Assembly: GCA_017534445.1 (NCBI GenBank)
Contig: JAFXWC010000064.1
Span: 14,769 to 78,768, forward strand
Reading direction: 5' to 3'
Length of the DNA: 64,000 nucleotides
From: Treponema sp.
GTDB lineage: Bacteria > Spirochaetota > Spirochaetia > Treponematales > Treponemataceae
Below the pieces are notes generated by a model. It saw only the letters and a list, made by a program, of their open reading frames with translations, searched no databases and was not told the DNA's origin. Below are positions 59,910-64,000 of this stretch, piece after piece; the first letter of the stretch is position 1, and the number at the start of each line of letters is the position of its first letter. A program made the position numbers and the translations under genes.

Positions 59910-61151
59910 ATGAAAAAGATTAAGACAATCGCTTTTCTTGCCGCACTTGCCTGTTCCGTTACAGCAGTAACTGCACAAACAAAACTCGATGTCTGGGGCT
60001 ACAATGTCGAATTTAAGAATGCAATTTACGAAAAAGGCTACGGCTACAAAGCTACTCATCCAAACGTAAAAGTTGACTATAAAATGTGGGGCATTGACTA
60101 TTACAAATGGTATTTGGATAAACCATCTTTGATTAGAAAAGACGGAACACTACCGGACGTAATGTTCCTTGAAGAGCCTGAGCTAAGAAAATATGCAGAG
60201 GCCGGACTTCTTCTTGAACTCGATGACTTGTATGCAAAGGTAAAGGACAAGACAGAAAACTATCCTGTAAAGGTTGCCACCCACAATGGCCACGTCTATG
60301 CCATGTCCTATAAAGTTTATTCCGGAGCAATCTTCTACCGCAGAAGCCTTGCAAAGAAGTACTGGGGAACAGATGACCCTGCAGAAGTCCAGAAAAAGTT
60401 CAAGGATCTAGACACATTTCTTGCAACAGCCCGTGAACTCAAGGAAAAGTCCGACGGCAAATGCAAAGCCGTTGCCACAACGGATGACCTTTTCTATGCA
60501 TACAAGGGTGCCCGAAAGCAGCCCTGGGTTGTGGACTACAGCCTAACGATAGACCCGGCAATGGAAAAATACATGGATGTCTGCAAGATTATGGAGGATG
60601 AAGGACTAGTCTTAAGCGGAGCCAATCAGTGGTCTCAGGAATGGTTTGACGGAATGCAAAAAGGGAAAGTCATGTGCTACTTCCTTCCGGAATGGGGTTT
60701 CACCTATGCTCTTAAGGCAAACGCTCCCGGCACAGCAGGCGACTGGGCTATGTGCCAGGGACCTTCCGCATGGTTCTGGGGCGGAACATGGATTGCCGCA
60801 AGCAAGAAAACAAAGGTCCAGGCTGCTGCCAAGGAAATGATTCAGTATTTAGCAACAGATGAAAAATTCCTTGAGGGATTTTCTAAAGACAACTCCGTAG
60901 TAGTAACCAACATCAATGTTCAGAACAAGTTAAAAAATAATTTCTCAGATCCATTTATTGGAGGCCAGAACTGGTACAAAGAATTCTGCGATTACGCAAA
61001 GAAAGTGGACGGCTCTCTTTCTCAAGCAAGTGATAATCAGATTGATGATTTTTGGAAGAAAGCCGTAAAAGCCTATGCAAATGGCGGAGAAACAAAGTCG
61101 CAGGCAATAGGTGAGTTTAAGTACAATGTCCAAAAAACTCTGGGATTCTAA
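59910..61151 (+). CDS. Carbohydrate ABC transporter substrate-binding protein (family 1), orphan
   Basis: Signal peptide; HPNVKV, PDV, LL.LDD, G.VYA, FYRR.LA..Y.G, GDW.....P...WGG.W. Confidence 0.85.
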   Translation: MKKIKTIAFLAALACSVTAVTAQTKLDVWGYNVEFKNAIYEKGYGYKATHPNVKVDYKMWGIDYYKWYLDKPSLIRKDGTLPDVMFLEEPELRKYAEAGLLLELDDLYAKVKDKTENYPVKVATHNGHVYAMSYKVYSGAIFYRRSLAKKYWGTDDPAEVQKKFKDLDTFLATARELKEKSDGKCKAVATTDDLFYAYKGARKQPWVVDYSLTIDPAMEKYMDVCKIMEDEGLVLSGANQWSQEWFDGMQKGKVMCYFLPEWGFTYALKANAPGTAGDWAMCQGPSAWFWGGTWIAASKKTKVQAAAKEMIQYLATDEKFLEGFSKDNSVVVTNINVQNKLKNNFSDPFIGGQNWYKEFCDYAKKVDGSLSQASDNQIDDFWKKAVKAYANGGETKSQAIGEFKYNVQKTLGF

Positions 61152-61171
61152 ATTCCGACTTTCTTAAACTA

Positions 61172-61205
61172 GAGGCACCCTGATTTTCTTCGGGGTGCCT
61201 TTTTT
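61172..61205 (+). terminator. Intrinsic terminator
   Basis: aggcaccc...gggtgcct followed by a T-run. Confidence 0.85.
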
Positions 61206-61282
61206 GTTGGCCTTGGACTTTTGCATTTCCGAAACAATTTTCAAGCTTCGTCATTTTCAGTTCCCCCACATTTAAAACCACC

Positions 61283-61310
61283 GTCATTCCCGCGCACCGA
61301 CGCGGGAATC
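61283..61310. repeat. GTCA-type REP-like palindrome
   Basis: gtcattcccgcg-caccga-cgcgggaatc. Confidence 0.6.
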
Positions 61311-61398
61311 CCTTTTATTAACTTTTACTAAAAATCATCATCTACAATCAAAATCTACAGCATAAATTCCCCAAAAATTGCCAGAATTCCTTTTTTTC

Positions 61399-61504
61399 CC
61401 AAAAATCGGTGCGTAAACTCACCGAAATTTGCTCAAATTCGTAAATTTTCCTTAAAATTGGTGGGTAAAACTCACTGGAATTGGTTTTGGGGCGGGGGTA
61501 CAAT
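61399..61504 (+). repeat. 106/107-bp promoter-bearing direct repeat, copy 2
   Basis: Near-identical to 59770-59876; ends in TACAAT. Confidence 0.9.
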
Positions 61505-61537
61505 GAAATCACAAAATAACTTTTTAAGGAGTCTTTT

Positions 61538-61954
61538 ATGAGAAAGATTTTGATTTCATTATTGATTGGATGCTGTGTGCTGTTCAGCTTGATGGCTTGC
61601 GAAACATTAGAAAGTATCACAAATACTTTTATCGGATCGTCAAGTAAACTGCAAGATGGTAATTATGCTACCAGCGCTCCAGGTTCAAGTTTTCCAGGTT
61701 TCGCTTCAGGTTATGGAAACGCTTTCTTTGAAATACATGATAACAAGTTCAGAATTATTTGCGGTGAAGTTCAGGCTGAAGGGGTTATACGTGTGAAAGG
61801 CGATAATTTAGAATTTGAAACGGTCAAAGCATACAACAAAGGTACCCCTACTGGAATAATTGGGAAAGGTAAAATCCTCGGTAGTAATGAGTTTACTTTG
61901 GAGGGTATAGAGTTTTTCTTCTGGACTCCATATAATCCCGATGGAACACTCTAA
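61538..61954 (+). CDS. Small hypothetical lipoprotein
   Basis: TAAGGAG RBS; lipobox LMAC. Confidence 0.75.
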   Translation: MRKILISLLIGCCVLFSLMACETLESITNTFIGSSSKLQDGNYATSAPGSSFPGFASGYGNAFFEIHDNKFRIICGEVQAEGVIRVKGDNLEFETVKAYNKGTPTGIIGKGKILGSNEFTLEGIEFFFWTPYNPDGTL

Positions 61955-62087
61955 AAACTAAAGTAAAAAAACAACATTGCTTGGCTTGGCAAATTTTATT
62001 ATTCCAAGTCAAGCAATCTGACAAGAAGGGCTTTTGCCGAGTAAGTAATCATTAAAATCCATAAACAATTTGTGGAGGAAAAATATC

Positions 62088-62399
62088 ATGACGGAAGCAA
62101 CAGGAATAATAATCGGTGCTGGAATAGCGTTTGTTTCTTCGGTGCTGACAACTTTTTTGCAGAATATGATTGTAAGCAGAAAGAAGCGGATAATTGATTT
62201 TATAGAGCAGTTCAAAAGCTTTTACAATTTGGAAAAACTGTATGTGGCAGAAATCTCCCGTCTTAGAGAAAAAAACAATGAGGAATCCACAAAAGAAAAG
62301 ACTATAAAAGAAGAGTTTAGAAACAAAAACGAAGAAGCAGAATACTGTCATATAGATCTTACAGAAAAAAAAGCAATCGCGTTTTTAAAAACGCTATGA
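62088..62399 (+). CDS. Hypothetical protein with an N-terminal TM helix, possibly truncated
   Basis: GGAGG RBS before the ATG at 62088; AT-rich. Confidence 0.5.
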   Translation: MTEATGIIIGAGIAFVSSVLTTFLQNMIVSRKKRIIDFIEQFKSFYNLEKLYVAEISRLREKNNEESTKEKTIKEEFRNKNEEAEYCHIDLTEKKAIAFLKTL

Positions 62400-62463
62400 A
62401 ATAAATTCTGTATATAACAGGATTGTTGTTCTCCTGCTAAAATAAATTTTTTAGGAGTTTCTT

Positions 62464-62766
62464 ATGAAGAAATTTGTTGCTGCTATGGCAGTTCTTGCCA
62501 TGTTTGCTGTTGTTACTTTTACCTCATGCGCTAAAAGTAAAGTATCAAAAGCTTTGGATGCCTATGAAAAGGTTGTCGTTCAAATGGAAAAAACATCCTT
62601 AAAAGATACTGCCTCTTTGAAAAAACTAGGCAAGGACGCAGCAGCAGCTGCTGATGAGATTGACGACCTTGAGGATTCTGAAACTTGGACAAAGTCAGAA
62701 GAAAAGCGTTACGAAAAGCTGACGGAGCGTTTTGAAAAAGCCTCTGCTAAAATGCTTGGAAAGTAA
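62464..62766 (+). CDS. Small helical lipoprotein
   Basis: AGGAG RBS; lipobox FTSC; terminator hairpin follows. Confidence 0.8.
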   Translation: MKKFVAAMAVLAMFAVVTFTSCAKSKVSKALDAYEKVVVQMEKTSLKDTASLKKLGKDAAAAADEIDDLEDSETWTKSEEKRYEKLTERFEKASAKMLGK

Positions 62767-62776
62767 AATCATTTTG

Positions 62777-62805
62777 TCCGCCTGATTGTTTTCGGGCGGA
62801 TTTTT
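62777..62805 (+). terminator. Intrinsic terminator
   Basis: tccgcctga...tcgggcgga followed by ttttt. Confidence 0.75.
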
Positions 62806-62854
62806 CATTTGGACTATCTGCGACAACTAACCTCCTCCAGGCTTGTGTCCATAC

Positions 62855-62980
62855 AATTTACTCTATAGTAAATAACTTTGGGGTAAAATCTGGATAAGAA
62901 AAATAAATGTGGTTCTAAATCTTGAAAGAAAATTTCCCTTGCTGTATAATTTACTCTAGAGTAAATAACTTTGGAGTAAA
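62855..62980 (+). promoter_or_regulatory. sigma70 promoter flanked by duplicated 33-bp operator-like repeats
   Basis: TTGAAA-N17-TATAAT (62922-50); repeats at 62855-87 and 62948-80, the second with the perfect palindrome TTTACTCTAGAGTAAA. Confidence 0.7.
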
Positions 62981-62982
62981 TA

Positions 62983-64000
62983 ATGGATAAGGAAAATGAA
63001 ATATTCATTGGCAGGACGGCTGAACTCAGTTTTTTGGAAAAGCTTTATAATTCCAGGAATTTTGAGATGCTCATTCTGCATGGCCGCCGCAGGGTTGGTA
63101 AGTCTTATCTTCTAGGCCATTTTGCAGGTCTTCACTCAAAGAACACAGTTTATTTTACAGGCGACAAATCCTCAGAAAAAACAAACGTAAAAAATTTTTG
63201 TGACGAGCTGAATAAAGTTCTAAAAGCGGGAGATTTTCTTGATTCATTTGAAAAATGGAGTGATGTTTATTCCTTTATCAAGAATACCCAAATAAAAGAG
63301 CGTCTTGTAATCATAATCGATGAGTTCACTTATCTTTACAGCTCAAATCCTGCTTATGATTCAGGGCTTCAGATTGCAATAGACACAATCCTCAAAAAGA
63401 AAAATATTTTCCTTATTCTCTGCGGATCGGAGGTGTCTGTAATAGAGGACATAATCGACAATTCCTCAAAGCCCCTTTATGGCCGCAAGACAGCCGAGCT
63501 TAAGCTTTGTCCTTTTACATACAGGGAGTCACGTGAGTTCTTTCCCAAATACAATGACGAGCAGGCATTGTGCGCATATTCAATCCTTGGGGGGATTCCT
63601 TTTTACCTTACGCTTTTTGACGACAGCCGTTCAATCAGGGAGAACATCATCACGCACTGTCTTTCTACTACGGGAGTCCTCTTTAATGAGATAGAGACAC
63701 TTCTTAGGATGGAACTTAAGGAAACATATTTTTACAAGAGCATCATGCTTGCCATAAATGCAGGGGCATCGACATTTGAAAAAATAAGGGACAAAGTGGG
63801 AGAGGAGCCTGCAAAAATCGCAAAGTATCTGAGTGTCCTGTCCAATCTGGGGTTTATCAAAAGGGAAATTCCGTGCGGAGAAAAGCAGACCAGCCGCAAT
63901 ACGCTTTACTCAATCTGCGACAACTATTTTGCATTTTATTTTATGTTCATTTTCAAGAAGCAGAACATGCTGAACGGACTTATCTCTCCCAGGCTGTTTT
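62983..64000 (+). CDS. AAA ATPase (archaeal-ATPase/DEXX-box, DUF234-type), 3'-partial; absent from the ORF track
   Basis: MDKENEIFIGRTAEL..., Walker A GRRRVGKS, Walker B IIIDEF, LCGS, PLYGR; frame is open to the window end. Confidence 0.88.
   Translation, partial: MDKENEIFIGRTAELSFLEKLYNSRNFEMLILHGRRRVGKSYLLGHFAGLHSKNTVYFTGDKSSEKTNVKNFCDELNKVLKAGDFLDSFEKWSDVYSFIKNTQIKERLVIIIDEFTYLYSSNPAYDSGLQIAIDTILKKKNIFLILCGSEVSVIEDIIDNSSKPLYGRKTAELKLCPFTYRESREFFPKYNDEQALCAYSILGGIPFYLTLFDDSRSIRENIITHCLSTTGVLFNEIETLLRMELKETYFYKSIMLAINAGASTFEKIRDKVGEEPAKIAKYLSVLSNLGFIKREIPCGEKQTSRNTLYSICDNYFAFYFMFIFKKQNMLNGLISPRLF

Noticed and set aside
59450-62800. Classical integron cassette array
   Set aside because: No intI and no convincing attC (RYYYAAC...GTTRRRY) sites; kept only as a cassette-like hypothesis.

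Overview
A 64-kb chromosomal segment of a spirochaete, most likely a gut or rumen Treponema. This is inferred from the alaS-surA-nusB-TPR-groES-sigma block, the short AlaRS, BspA-type LRR proteins and many lipoproteins. Housekeeping genes (proS, hisG, hisB, alaS, nusB, groES, dnaE, recG, purM) are mixed with accessory modules. The main result is a compact 7.5-kb operon at 31.2-38.7 kb. It joins a MetNIQ-type ABC importer to a complete nitrogenase-like set (D, K, NifX-like, short NifB, H) with no nifEN. Its sigma70-type promoter carries candidate LysR and CymR/Rrf2 sulfur-regulator boxes. This points to an organosulfur-scavenging (methylthio-alkane-reductase-like) system rather than N2 fixation. 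The importer is itself unusual: MetN lacks the NIL domain and MetQ carries a (ADCCKDG-x)3 insert. A second result is a dense set of GC-rich structured intergenic elements in at least four families. One family has seven diverged copies with clear covariation. Other observations: a sigma54 promoter in front of an RpoS-like sigma factor, a surface lipoprotein frameshifted by an 11-bp duplication, a 106-bp repeated promoter cassette delimiting small accessory modules, a candidate nucleotidyltransferase toxin-antitoxin pair, and one intact and one decayed vapBC. No rRNA, tRNA, CRISPR array or transposase was seen. All family calls come from motif recognition, not database searches.
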